Positions 37,536 to 51,570 of a DNA stretch of 64,000 bases are shown piece by piece. Each line of letters opens with the position of its first letter. The stretch's first letter is position 1. The position numbers and the translations under genes were made by a program. The DNA is taken from positions 36,952,001 to 37,016,000 of the forward strand of contig NC_043012.1 in the NCBI RefSeq assembly GCF_006345805.1, in the 5' to 3' direction. The stretch comes from Octopus sinensis (Eukaryota). Under the pieces are notes generated by a model. It was not told where the DNA came from. It ran no database searches and saw only the letters and a list, made by a program, of their open reading frames with translations.

Positions 37536-37703
37536 GTGTAGCAAAGGTTTGCAGAATGATGTCTGACTAGGAGCCCCACAACCAAAATAACAATAGTTGT
37601 CTTAGTAAACACCAAAAATGCCTTGAGGAATTACCATTCTACACAGCATCCCACCACAGTACTCTATATGCAAACGCACACACACACACACACACGCACA
37701 TGC

Positions 37704-37787
<84 letters not shown>

Positions 37788-37875
37788 GTAAAATCTGGGG
37801 ATTATATAAAAGTATGTTAATTCTTCAAAAGTCTTCCATGAAAAATCAGTGAGATGGACATTATGTTACATAATA

Positions 37876-37923
<48 letters not shown>

Positions 37924-37975
37924 TTATTATAATAATGAGCTTATTGTATTATAAGATAGTAAACTCCATTAATTC

Positions 37976-38079
37976 TTCCAGAAGATTCCATGGAACTCTA
38001 CACTAAAGAATATGAATATGAAACTGTCTTTAGTAGAGAAGCTGAAATTCTTTGAGTGAGATTCTGGAAGCTTCTAGAG
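37976..38079. promoter_or_regulatory. Pair of heat-shock-element motifs
   Basis: TTCcaGAAgaTTC (37976-37988) and TTCtgGAAgcTTCtaGAg (38062-38079). Motif only. Confidence 0.35.
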
Positions 38080-38169
38080 AGAAACTGTTTTTTTTTTTCC
38101 AATGTAAGGAATTATATCTTCTGCAACACTAAATATATTACAGCGGAAAACCCTGGATTATGATTGTTA

Positions 38170-38790
<621 letters not shown>

Positions 38791-40094
38791 TCGTTATCAT
38801 TACTATTGTTGTTGTCGGAAAAATGGCCAGTGTGAAAGTTCAAACTGGTCAGGTCCAGCCTCTCACTCCTACCCTACAATGTCATCCTAGAAATAGACAA
38901 TAATATCATTGAAATCTCAAAGCTGAGAGAATACATGAATAATTCAGAACAATATGAACCAGCCTTACACTTGACTCAATAATTTGAACCCTAAACGGTT
39001 AAAGAAACAGATATGCAGCATGGAGGTGACTGGCTAAACTAGCTGCAACAACCAGCCTGCTAGAAATAGCAACCAAATCTACCTCAATCATGTAACTTCC
39101 ATCCCAAACATTGATGGAGACACTAAATAATGATATGTTCGAAAAGAAGGCAAGGAGTGGTGGTCGAGGCTGGAATGGCAACCAAGCAATGTCGTATGTC
39201 ATTCCAGGTCATCATCATCATCATTGTCATCGTTTAACGTCCGCTTTCCATGCTGGCATGGGTTGGATGGTTTGATTGAGGGCTGGCGAGCCAGAAGGCT
39301 GCACCAGGTTCCAATCTGATCTGGCAAGGTTTCTATAGCTGGGTGCCCTTCCTAACGCCAACCACCCTGAGAGAGTAGTGGGTACTTTTATGTGCCACCA
39401 GCACAGGGGCTAGTCAAGTGGCACTGGCATTGACCACGCTTGAATGGTGCTTTTAACATACCACTGGAAAAGGAACCAGTCAGGTGGAACCGGCATCGGC
39501 CATGCTCGAATGGTGCTTTTTATGTGTCACTGGCACAGGCGGCACTAGCATCTACTATTAATCACATCTACTATCAAAAGTATTCCAAACGTAACCATCC
39601 CATTTATTCAGGTGTACAAGGATTATATTATCAGCCGTGTCATTCCTGTTTAAGATAGTACAGAGTGATCTTGAAAAGGATATGACTGCTATTTCTAGCA
39701 GGTCAAGCTCTGACATAGAGGTGTCCAAGCTGTTGCTGTTGTTGTTGTAGTGTGTATGTGTGAGTGTGTATAGCTCTGTGTGTGTCTCTGTAGCTGAGTG
39801 TATACGCGTGAATAGGTGTGTGTATGCAAAGCTCAATGTGAGTGTATGTAGTCATGTGTGTGTGTGTGTGCATGTCTGTGTGTTTGTGTGTGCATGCTAG
39901 TATAGCTGCCCCCTCTCTCTCTCTTTCTTTCTCTCTCTCTCTTTCTCTCTCTCTCTCCCTCTTTCTCTCTCTCTCTCTTTCTCTTCCCCTCCCCCTCTCT
40001 CTTCCCCCCCTCTCTGAACCATCACTGTGACTGCTGTGATATTTCATTTCCTGCCAAGATTCTCAACTCGTTGCATCAACAATACTGCATTAAT

Positions 40095-40740
40095 CACCAA
40101 ACTATTTAATTGAGAGCAGCTGTGCCCCGTTGCAATGAGTTGCAATGAGCTGCAATGAACTGCTGTTGGCTGTGAGCTGCTCTGAAATGTGAGCTGTATC
40201 TGTGAGATGCTACAAGATGTTGCTGGCTGTGAGCTCTTGTGAACCGTGACTTGATGTAAGCTGTGGACTACTGTTGTGAACCATGAGCTGTGAATTCCTT
40301 TGAGATGTTATGGTCTGTGACCGATGAGCTATTAACTGTTGTGAGCTGCTGTTTGGCTGTGAACTGTGAGCCATGAGCTGTGACCTCCTGTGACTTGCAA
40401 GCTGTGAGCTGTTGTTAGCTTTTGTGAGCTTTGTGAACTGTGAACCATGAAGTGGGAACTCCTATGAGCTGTTAGCTATGAATTGTGAGTTGTTATAAAC
40501 TGCAAGCCATTAGGTGTCGTAAGCTGTTGTTTGGCTGTGAACTGTGAGCCATGAGCTGTGAACTGTTGTGAGCTGTGAGTTGTGAACTGTTGCAAACTGT
40601 TTTTAGCTGCCCTAAGTTGAGCCGCAATCTAATGTGAGTGGTGAGCTGTCACGTGCTACTTGAACTGCCATTGGTTTGGACTGCCATTTGCTGTGAGCAG
40701 CTGTAAGCTACAGTGAGCTGAGCTCCTATGTACTATGATA
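40095..40740. repeat. Degenerate heptamer-based repeat (GCTGTGA/ACTGTGA)
   Basis: Dense recurrence of tgagctg/tgaactg, including an internal duplication of gtttggctgtgaactgtgagccatgagctgtga. Confidence 0.75.
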
Positions 40741-41324
40741 TGGTCGTGGTGGATCCAAGCTGTCTTTTTCTATAGGTTGCCACCTTTAATAACAAGACTG
40801 CTACCCACGAAGTGTAAGTTCAGATTATAAGGAAGACGTCTGGAACACTTTTGAGGAGGGAGGTAAATTGCCATTAGTGGCCTTTGGGGAATTTAAATAA
40901 TAAAACAATGACACAGCACCACCACCACCAACACCACAGACATCATCATCACTCTCCTTCTTCTGCTCATCATCATCATCATCATCATCATCGTCGTCGT
41001 CGTCGTTGTTATCATCGTCGTCATCACCATCATCATCATTGTCATCATCACCATGATTAAAACGACTCTACCATAATCTTCGTCATCATTAAACTAATTA
41101 TCTTCAATGCAGAGTCGATATTATTGAAATAACACTATATCTGTTGATGGGGCACATTATTATTACTCTCATCATCATCGTCGTCGTCGTCATCACGATC
41201 GTCATCATCATCATCATCATCATCATCACCACTATTGTTGTACTTGCTGTTGTTGTTTCTAATATTTATGTTATTGCATGTTTAGGCATGGAGGAGAATA
41301 GTGAGGAAGAAAGGGAGGGATGTA

Positions 41325-41785
<461 letters not shown>

Positions 41786-42157
41786 GCATATATGCACAGA
41801 AAGAGAGCTTCTGTTATGGAAACAATATCAATAACACGTGATCATTATTGGAATCCAGCAAATTTATTAGTTCTTTGCCTCCAAACAAATTGCTAGACAC
41901 TCTGTCTGTCTGTTTGTCCGCTGCTTTCATAAGCATTCACTGAGCTTCGCTTCTCAGAGCCTCAGCCCTATTCCCTCCCCTTGTTGCACTCTCTAAAAAT
42001 GTGCAAACCACATGATTCTGTTTGTTAAATAAAAATAAAATAAATATTGAATATAAAAAAGAAAAAAGCTATATTTAGATATTGGTGTTGTTATTAGTTT
42101 GCAGTTGAGCGATTCAGCATGAACGAAATCATTCGACTGCAAAAGCACATGATATAT

Positions 42158-42790
42158 AGGTGTGGTTGTGTAGGAAGAAGCTTGCTTCCCAACCACATGG
42201 TTCCGGGTTCAGTCCCAGTGCATGGCATCTTGGGAAAGTGTATTCTACTAAAGCCTCGAACCAACCAAAGCCTTGTGAATGGATTTGGTAGATGGAAACT
42301 AAAAGAAACCCTCAGGCGTGGCTGTGTGGTAAGAAGCTAGCTTCCCAACCAAACGGTTCAGGTTCAGTCCAAGTGCATGGCACCTTGGGCAAGTGTCTTC
42401 TACTATAGCCTCGAGCCAACCAAAGTCTTGTGAATGGATTTGGAAGATGGAAACTGAATGAAGCCTGTCGTATATATATATATATATCTATGTGTGTGTG
42501 TGTGTCTTTGTGTCTATGTTTGTCCCTCCATCACCATTTGACAATTGGTGTTGGTGAGATTATGTCCCCGTAACTTAGTGGTTCATCAGAAGAGGTCGAT
42601 AGAATAAGTAACTAGGCTTACAAAAATACAAGTAATGGGGGCGATGTGTTCATCTACGACCCTTCAAGATAGAATAAGTAACTGGCTTGAAAAAAACATT
42701 AGATACTGGGGTTGATCCATTTGACCAAAAATTCTTCAAGGCGGTGCCCCAGCATGGCCACAGCCTAATGCCTGGAACAAGTAAAAGATA
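42158..42790 (+). mobile_element. SINE family A with duplicated 5' half
   Basis: The head-to-gaagcc segment occurs twice (42158-42312 and 42313-42470) before the microsatellite slot and 3' half. Confidence 0.82.
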
Positions 42791-43218
42791 AAAGACATAT
42801 ATACATCAAAATCAAATCAAATCCCAATCAAATGGAAATTGCAGTTGTGATCCCTGTGCCGGTGGCACTTAAAAAGCACCATCAGATCGTGGTCGATGCC
42901 AGCCCCTCTGGTCCCTGTGCCAGTGGCATGTAAAAAGTACCATCCAATCGTGATCGATGCCAGCCCCCCCCCGCCCCTGTGCCAGTGGCACCTAAATAAG
43001 TACCGACTACACTCTCAGGGTGGTTGGTGTTAGGAAGGGCATCCTAGAAACACTAACAGATCAGATTGGGGCCTGGTGCAGCCTCCTGGCTTCCCAGACC
43101 CTGGTCGAACCGTCCAACCTGTGCCAGCATGGAAAACGGACGTTAAACAATGATGATGATGATGATATATTTATGTGTGTATGTGTATATATATATATAT
43201 ATATACTCTTTACTGTTT

Positions 43219-43624
43219 TACTCTTTTACTTGTTTCAGTCATTTGACTGCGGCCATGCTGGAGCACCACCTTTAGTCGAGCAAATCGACCCCGGGACTTA
43301 TTCTTTGTAAGCCCAGTACTTATTCTATCGGTCTCTTTAGCTGAACCGCTAAGTGATGGGGACGTAAACACACCAGCATCGGTTATCAAGCAATGCTGGG
43401 GGGACAAACACAGACACACAAACATATACACACACACTTATATATATATATACATATATACGACAGGCTTCTTTCAGTTTCCGTCTACCAAATCCACTTA
43501 CAAGGCATTGGTCGGCCCGGGGCTATAGCAGAAGACACTTGCCCAAGATGCCATGCAGTGGGACTGAACCCGGAACCATGTGGTTGATTAGCAAGCAACT
43601 TACCACACAGCCACTCCTACGCCT
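43219..43624 (-). mobile_element. SINE family A, full copy
   Basis: Homologous end to end with 10831-11226. Confidence 0.9.
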
Positions 43625-43911
43625 ATATGTATATATATGAAATATATTTAAGATTCTGTTGAATTCAGTACTTAAATTGAGGCACCTTGCTAGGTCAGTA
43701 TAATCCACACACCCCAACAATATTATTTGAATACTGAATATCAAGACTCCATGCAGGGGTGTTTGTACCTGATATTCCTGCCATGCGCACAGACAATGCA
43801 ACCAAGCAAAGTGAAGATATCCGCTCTTGGTAATTCAGACCTGTACTTTTTTATAAAGGTACTTTCTATAGTATTTCTGAAGTACAGATCCCAAGTTCGG
43901 TGAATAAAATA

Positions 43912-44433
43912 TAGATGAGTAACAAAGATGTACAGGTGTCAATTCATTACGGTTGTTTCAAGCGACTCATTACATCAATTTGAAAGAAACCATTCTCGTC
44001 AGACTTCAAACAGAAAGGGTAAACCATTTTTTAAACATATTTATATCAATGATGGAACTCAAAATATTTGCGTTGTTTCTTTTGTCATATCTGTGGCAGA
44101 ATGAGTTTAAAAAATAATGCATACTACACCAAGCCTTCTATAATTTAGAGAGTAGCAGAGGAAACAGTGGGGAATCAGGATGAAAAAGAACGGTGACCTA
44201 GTTACTTATATTTAGAAGTCTTTATGCAGAATGTAGTCTTCAACCATTTGCAATGAAATCCATTGGGAGTCATCAACTGTGTTCCAGTCGATGGTGATAA
44301 ATCAATTGATGTCAGACAGTCTACGAGACTCTGACAAGAACGGATTCTTTCAAATGCTTTCATTAATCAATTAAAGGAGATGTTTGAAACATCTGTAATG
44401 AATTGACACCTGTACATTTTTGTTACTCATTTA
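43912..44433. mobile_element. TA-flanked MITE, 522 bp, with long TIRs
   Basis: tagatgagtaacaaagatgtacaggtgtcaattcattac vs rc taaatgagtaacaaaaatgtacaggtgtcaattcattac (2 mismatches); TA on both sides. Confidence 0.85.
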
Positions 44434-44434
44434 T

Positions 44435-44466
<32 letters not shown>

Positions 44467-44479
44467 ACACACACATACA

Positions 44480-44509
<30 letters not shown>

Positions 44510-44511
<2 letters not shown>

Positions 44512-45803
44512 TGAGGGGTGTTCATTAAAGATTTCCCCTGACCCACTTCCCAAGGACTAGGACAAACGAAATTTGGCACAATTATTAGTCCTTCTCTACA
44601 TGGCCACCACCAATGGTGACACACTTCTCCCACTGCTTTACGCAGCTGTGAGGGCCTTGTCTGTAGAAGTCAGGAGGTTGTGTCTGGAGCCAAGACTTTA
44701 TCTTGGAAATAAGTTCATCATCATCCGAAAAGTGCTTCCCCTTCAAAAAAGACTTCATGGTTGGAAAGAGGTGGAAGTCAGATGGTGCAGGGTTAGGAAA
44801 GTTAAGGGGATGAGGAAGGGTTTCATAGCCAAAGGTGTGTGCTTTCATCTGGGTAACATACGCATAGAGAACTGGGGTATTGACTTGGAAGAGGCGGACT
44901 CCTTTGGTCAGTATGCCACACCTCTCTGCTTTGATGGCATCCCACAATTTTTGCAGCAGAGAAGCATAATATGCCCCATTAATTGTGGTGCCCTTTGCCT
45001 GAAAAACCATCAACACTAGTCCCAAGAGGCTGTGAGCATTACCTTGCCTGCTGAGGGTTGGACACGAGACTTCTTTGGAGGTGGTGAGTTCTCATGCTTC
45101 CAGTGCTTCGACTGGACTTTAGTCTCGGGATCAAAGTGATGGACCCATGTTTCATCCTGTGTGATAAGTCTGCCGCAAAATTCCTTCTTGTTTTCTTGGC
45201 ACATTGCTAAAAGAGCCTGGAAGCAATTGACACATTCCTGTTTCTGAAAAGGTATGAGCACCTGGGGAATCCATCATGCAGACAACTTCTGCACCTGCAA
45301 ATGACTGTGAATGATTTTTTTTTCCATGGACCCTACACTTATCTTCACTTCTTGGACTAGTTTCCGAACAGTTATGCAGTGTTCCTCTAAAATGGCAATT
45401 TCCACTTTATGGATGGTGTCATCATTCAATGGTGGAATGTGGTCGTCCAGGAACAGGAGCAGTTCCCACCAATGTTCGACCACATTTGAATTGGTGATGC
45501 CAGTGCTTGACTACATCATATGATGGTGCATCGTCACCATAAACTTCTTTCATCTCATCGAAAGTTTCTTTTGGTGTGCGACCTTTCAAGTATAAGAACC
45601 TGATCACTGATCTGCATTCAACTGCCTCCATTAGGGCCACCATTAGTCCACTTCTGCAGCCGTAAAAGACAGCTGAAGACTAGCAGAAAGCTGCAATTCA
45701 CAATGGGACACTTATAGATATGTATGGTTGTACCTGTACAAGTTCCGTTTCCTGCAATAGCCGGAAGTGGGTCAGGGGAAATTTTTAATGAACACCCCTC
45801 ATG
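44510..45803 (-). mobile_element. Full-length decayed mariner (D34D) transposon, about 1.29 kb
   Basis: About 40-bp TIRs catgaggggtgttcattaaagatttcccctgacccacttcc / ggaagtgggtcaggggaaatttttaatgaacacccctcatg. Transposase split over four ORF pieces: HTH MEAVECRSVIRFL.., ITQDETWVH, second D mutated (QVN), 34 aa to APSDFHLF, ending GGHVEKD*. Confidence 0.93.
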
Positions 45804-45828
45804 TATGTATAATGTGTATATATATACA

Positions 45829-46683
45829 TTGGATCAAGTAATGAAGGTCACAGAGAGGGTCATAGCCCATCTCATCAGGGAGAGAGTCTGCTTAGATGAG
45901 ATGCAGTTTGGTTTTGTGCTGGGTAGAAGCACCACTGATGCCATATTCATGGTTCGACAACTGCAGGAGAAATACCTAGCCAAAGATAAACCCCTATACT
46001 TAGCTTTTGTGGACTTGGAGAAAGCCTTTGACAGGGTCCCCCGATCCCTTATCTAGTGAGCGATGCAGAAACTGGAGATTGACAAATGGTTAATAAGGGC
46101 TGTACAGGCCCTTTACAGAGAGGCTGTTAGTAAGGTTAGGATTGGCAATGAGTACAGTGAAGAATTCTGGGTAGAAGTTGGCGTCCACCAAGGCTCAGCC
46201 CTCAGCCCCCTTCTATTCATCATAGTCCTCCAGGCAATAACAGAGGAATTTAAGACGGGTTGTCCCTGGGAGCTCCTCTATGCTAATGACCTAGCCCTCA
46301 TAGCAGTATCACTACCAGAACTAGAGAAGAAATTTTGTGTATGGAAGCTAGGTTTAGAATCAAAAGGCCTTAGAGTCAATGTAGCAAAGACCAAAGTCCT
46401 AGTAAGTAGGAAGGCAAACTCACCACACACCCCTTCAGGTAGGTGGCCCTGCTTGATCTGTAGAAAAGGTGTAGGTAGAAACTCCATAAGATGTACCCAG
46501 TGTAAGCTATGGACACATAAGAGGTGCAGTAATATCAAAGGAAAATTAACCGAGAAGATAGCTTTCGTGTGTGGCAGATGCACAGGGGCAATAGACACCA
46601 TTGATACTCAGAAAACAGATTCCATTACACTCCTGGGGGAGAAACTAGAAGTAGTTGATAGTTTCTGCTACCTAGGTGACCAA
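45829..46683 (+). mobile_element. Internal RTE LINE ORF2 fragment (RT domain), pseudogenised
   Basis: DEMQFGF..RSTTDAIF..LQEKY..AFVDLEKAFDRVPR, stops, GVHQGSALSPLLF, YANDL (D to N), then a Cys-rich finger. Confidence 0.92.
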
Positions 46684-46814
46684 CGTGCCACACAATGGGA
46701 CTGAACCCGGAACCATGTGGTTGAAAAGCAAGCTTCTTACCACCTGGCCACATTTTTATTCTGAATTATCTAAAATGTTATACTTGCCTGTATTTTCAAC
46801 TGAACACTAAGCAG

Positions 46815-47154
46815 TGTGTGTGTGTGTGCATGTGTGCGTGTATGTGTGTGTGCGTGTGTTTCTGTATATGTGCATGCACGTGTGTGTATATGTTTGTTTG
46901 TGTGTGTGTGTGTGTGTGTGCATGTTTGTTTGTGTGTGCATGTGTGTGTGTATGTGTGTGTGTGTGCATGTGTGTGCGTGTTTGTATGTGTGTGTATGTG
47001 TGTGTGCATGTGTGTTTTTGTGTGTGTGTAAGTGTGTGTGTTTGTGTGTATGCGTGTGTGCATGTGTGTTTGTATGTGTGTGTTTGTGTGCGTGTGTGTC
47101 TGTATGTGTGTATGTGTGTGTGTGCATGTGTATGTTTGTTTGTATGTGTGTGAA

Positions 47155-47189
<35 letters not shown>

Positions 47190-47200
47190 GTGTGTGTGTG
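46815..47200. repeat. Degenerate (TG)n microsatellite
   Basis: Read directly. Confidence 0.92.
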
Positions 47201-49061
47201 TAAGAGGTTGTTTATTATAAAATATGTAATATGGTAATAGAGTTTTTTTTTTTCTGTCTAGAGTATAGCTATTTGAGATAAAATCATTAATGTATCCCTA
47301 GATAGCCATAGCCAAGAGACCCGATGCAACACAAGTTTCTGCAAACTGCAAAATATATTCTTCATTCGAAATGTCATTTGTAACTATTTGTTATTGTTTA
47401 GCACAATGTCAGTTCTTGACCGAAGGCGTTCCAGCCATGACCACCCCGTCGTTCTTGCACATCTAGGACCGACTACTCTAACCAACATGTCCGACGTGAT
47501 CATTTGTGTTATTCCTTTCCAAGACTACAATCAAGAGAATTTGGCTGTTATTTCTAGCAGCCCAAATTCCTCTCCTTGGTTTAGGTATTTCTCAAAGTTT
47601 CCACACAACACACTGACAAACTAGATAATTGTTCTACTGCTCATTAACAATAAAATAAAAAAAAACAACCTATTTATAAATTAGTTTTTGTCGTTATATT
47701 CCGCTCAAAACGTACGTTAAATTCCAGTCATTTTTATATTTGTCTGTGTCTGCAAATAGTTCTGAGATTCTAATAGTTTCTGTAAAAGACTTTTGTTTAG
47801 AGGTTTCTATGTATTATTCCATATTCGGTTGACAATTCCTATTCAGTTGGCAATTAAAATGCTTGTTTTGTTTCCTGAGAATGTTTACAATATTTGGTTA
47901 ATCCTATTGATGCAAACCCGCCTCAGACCAAACCTGGTCCTATGATAAAAACTTTCCGTTTTATGAAGATCTAAATTAAAACCTTATATCAAAATTTCCA
48001 TCAAAATTTCATGTTAATTCATTTTTGCAAAAAACAGCTTAATAAGGACTAATGTTATTTTACTAAAATCTTCACCATTTTCAAACCATTTTCAAAGATT
48101 TTGACTCTAAAAGATATGAAAGACAAAGTTGATCCTAGCCAGATACGAACTCAGATCTGAAAGATCTGGAACAAATACTTCAAGGCTTCCTATCCAACAT
48201 TAGTACAAGTCTGCTAATTTGGCGCCTTAACTACTGGCCTAACCCTTTTGCTACTATATATCTCTTGCAGTGCACTGGTTTTGTTTCGATTCAGTTTGAA
48301 GATTTTAGTAAAACAACATTAGAGAGTTTGCTAGCTGGGATAGAGAAAGCAGGAGACTTTGGTATCAGGGATAGGAAAAAAAAAGGAAGACACTTTGGTA
48401 ACAGGGGTAACAAGGACAGAAAAAGAAACTTTGATATCAAGAACAGGGAGAGGCACTATAATGTGAGGGTTAGACGAAGGGACTCTGGTTATAGAGATAG
48501 AGTAAAAAAAAAGACACTTTGATGTCAAAAACAGAAAAAGAAACTTTGGTATCTAGAATAGAGAAAGACACTGTGATATGAGGGAAAAGGGAAGATACTT
48601 TGGTTTGAGGGTTAGAGTGAAAAAAGTGAGAGTTTGGAGACTTTGGTATCAAGGATAAAAAGAACAAAATATTTTGGTGTCATAGATAAATTTTGAAGTT
48701 GAAAGTTTTAATTTCCTTTTATAAGTACCAGTTATATACTGGGCTATTGATCTCCAATATAATATTGAATTTAAAAGATGACCATGAACTGGTAGAGTGG
48801 TCGTATTTGACCAGACCTGGCTGGAATTAATTGATACTGTCTCTGACTGACTGGAGCTGGCCAGAATTGACTGAAACTGGTTTGAATTGACTGGAGCTAA
48901 CTGGAATTAACCAGAATGGACTGGAACAGACTTGAACAAAACAACAAATATTTATCATTTTTGAAATTAAAGACAATTTAGTCCAGTTTTGGCAAGATAT
49001 AAATATTTTACCAATCATTACTGGTCGATGGTTGTCTAACTCTCTCTCTCTCACACACTCA

Positions 49062-49092
<31 letters not shown>

Positions 49093-49102
49093 ATATGTAT
49101 GC

Positions 49103-49161
<59 letters not shown>

Positions 49162-49182
49162 ATATATATATGTATGCATATA

Positions 49183-49248
<66 letters not shown>

Positions 49249-49296
49249 GTATATATTGATATATATATGTATATATATATATATATATATATAAGA

Positions 49297-51170
49297 ATCC
49301 ATCCGAACGTGGCCGTAGTCAGTACCGCATCACTTGCCATCGTGCTGTGGCACATAACAAACACCATCCGGTCGTGGCCGTTCGCCAGCCTCATCTAGCA
49401 CCTGTGTCGGTGGCACATAAAAACACCTTCCGAAGACCCGGCAAGACTAGTCAGGCCATAAACCATGGCCCCTACCTGGATGTAGTCAGTCCACCTGTGC
49501 ATACCTTCCTCCTTGTGATACTTGTGAAGGCCTGTTGAGGCAAGTGAAAATCAAAATCAAATCAAATCAAAACAAATCAAAATAGATGAACATCAATGGA
49601 ATTTGTATCTTTGTGGTACCAGTGCCGGTGGCACACAAGAGAAAACCATCCGAAAGTGGCCGTAGCCAGTACCGCATCGACTGGCCTCCGTGCTGTGGGC
49701 ACATGACAAACACCATCCGATCGTGGCCGTTCGCCAGCCTCATCTAGCACCTGTGTCGGTGGCACATAAAAACACCATCCGAAGACCCGGCAAGACTAGT
49801 CAGGCCATAACCCATGGCCCCTACCTGGGACGTAGTCAGTCCACCTGTGCATACCTTCCTTCTTGTGACACTTGTGAAGACCTGTTGAGGCAAGTGAAAA
49901 TCAAATCAAAACAAATCAAAATAGATGAACATCAATGGAATCTGTATCTTTGTGGTACCAGTGCCGGTGGCACACACTTTGTGGTACCAGTGCCGGTGGC
50001 ACACAAGAGAACCATCCGAACGTGGCCGTAGCCAGTTCCGCATCGACCGGCCTCTGTGCTGTGGGCACGTAACAAACACCATCCGATCATGGCCGTTCGC
50101 CAGCCTCATCTGGCACCTGTGTCGGTGGCACATAAAAACACCTTCCGAAGACCCGGCAAGACTAGTCAGTCCACCTGTGCATACCTTCCTTCTTGTGACA
50201 CTTGTGAAGACCGGTTGAGGCAAGTGAAAATCAAATCAAATCAAAATAGACAAAATAGATGAACATCAATGGAATTTGTATCTTGTGGTACCAGTGCCTG
50301 TGGCACACAAGAAATCCATCAGTGCCGTAGTCAGTGCGGTGGGCACATGACAAACACCATCCGATCGTGGCCGTTCGCCAGCCTCATCTAGCACCTGTGT
50401 CGGTGGCACATAAAAACACCATCCGAAGACCCGGCAAGACTAGTCAGGCCATAACCCATGGCCCCTACCTGGGACGTAGTCAGTCCACCTGTGCATACCT
50501 TCCTTCTTGTGACACTTGTGAAGACCTGTTGAGGCAAGTGAAAATCAAAACAAATCAAAATAGATGAACATCAATGGAATTTGTATCTTTGTGGTACCAG
50601 TGCCGGTGGCACGTGGCACATAAGAAAACCATCCGAACGTGGCCGTAGCCAGTACCGCATCGACTGGCCTCCGTGCTGTGGGCACGTAACAAGCACCATC
50701 CGATCGTGGCCGTTTGCCAGCCTCATCTGGCACCTGTGGCGGTGGCACATAAAAACACCATCCGAGCGTGGCCGTCTGCCAGCCTCGTCTGGCACCTGTG
50801 TCGGTGGCACATAAAAACACCATCCGAGCGTGGCCGTCTGCCAGCCTCGTCTGGCACCTGTGTCGGTGGCACATAAAAACACCATCCGAGCGTGGCCGTC
50901 TGCCAGCCTCGTCTGGCACCTGTGTCGGTGGCACATAAAAACACCATCCGAGTGTGGCCGTTTGCCAGCCTCGTCTGGCACCTGTGTCGGTGGCACATAA
51001 AATCACCCACTACACTCTCGGAGTGGTTGGCGTTAGGAAGGGCATCCAGCTGTAGAAACACTGCCAGATCTGACTGGACTGGTGCAGCTTTCGGGCTCCC
51101 CAGACCCCAGTTGAACCGTCCAACCCATGCTAGCATGGAAAGCGGACGTTAAATGATGATGATGATGATA
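49297..51170 (+). repeat. Tandem array of RTE 3'-end units (about 310-350 bp) plus a 61-bp sub-repeat, ending in the (ATG)n tail
   Basis: Unit boundaries at the aaaatcaaa tracts near 49548, 49896, 50227 and 50540; 61-bp unit ggtggcacataaaaacaccatccgagcgtggccgtctgccagcctcgtctggcacctgtgtc repeated about 4 times at 50740-50995. Confidence 0.88.
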
Positions 51171-51297
51171 TATGCATGTGTATGTATTATATACATAAAT
51201 ATATATATATATACTGTATATATATATATACTGTATATATATATATACTGTATAGTCATCATTAATTGTAGCTGTATGTGCTTCAAGCACATATATT

Positions 51298-51570
51298 GCT
51301 AGAAATAAGAGTAAAACCACTTATAGCTGCCTAAAAGCACATTTATATATACCGACAGGGGAGACAACTACCTCATGAGGTAAGCAAAGCTGGCACAATG
51401 GACTGCACAGTTTCCATCCTAATGGCAATTGTCAACAGTGTGTCCATAAGGACGAAACTGTGCAGTCCATTGTTCTAGCTTTGCTTTGCTCATGAGGCAG
51501 TTGTTTCCCCTGTCAGTATATATAAATGTGCTTTTATGCAGCTATAAGTGGTTTTACTCTTACTTCTAGC
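51298..51570. mobile_element. 273-bp foldback (hairpin) element
   Basis: About 127-bp imperfect inverted arms gctagaaataagagtaaaaccacttatagctgc... / ...gcagctataagtggttttactcttacttctagc around an 18-nt spacer. Confidence 0.85.

Noticed and set aside
40776-40813. Plus-strand micro-exon candidate (tttttctatag|GTTGCC...GAAGT|gtaagt), and another at about 61322-61356
   Set aside because: Short, with no recognisable peptide and no chain of compatible exons; expected by chance.
48335-48945. Degenerate gacactttggtatc and gactggaatt repeats with short ORFs
   Set aside because: Low-complexity decayed tandem repeats; the ORFs have no recognisable domain.
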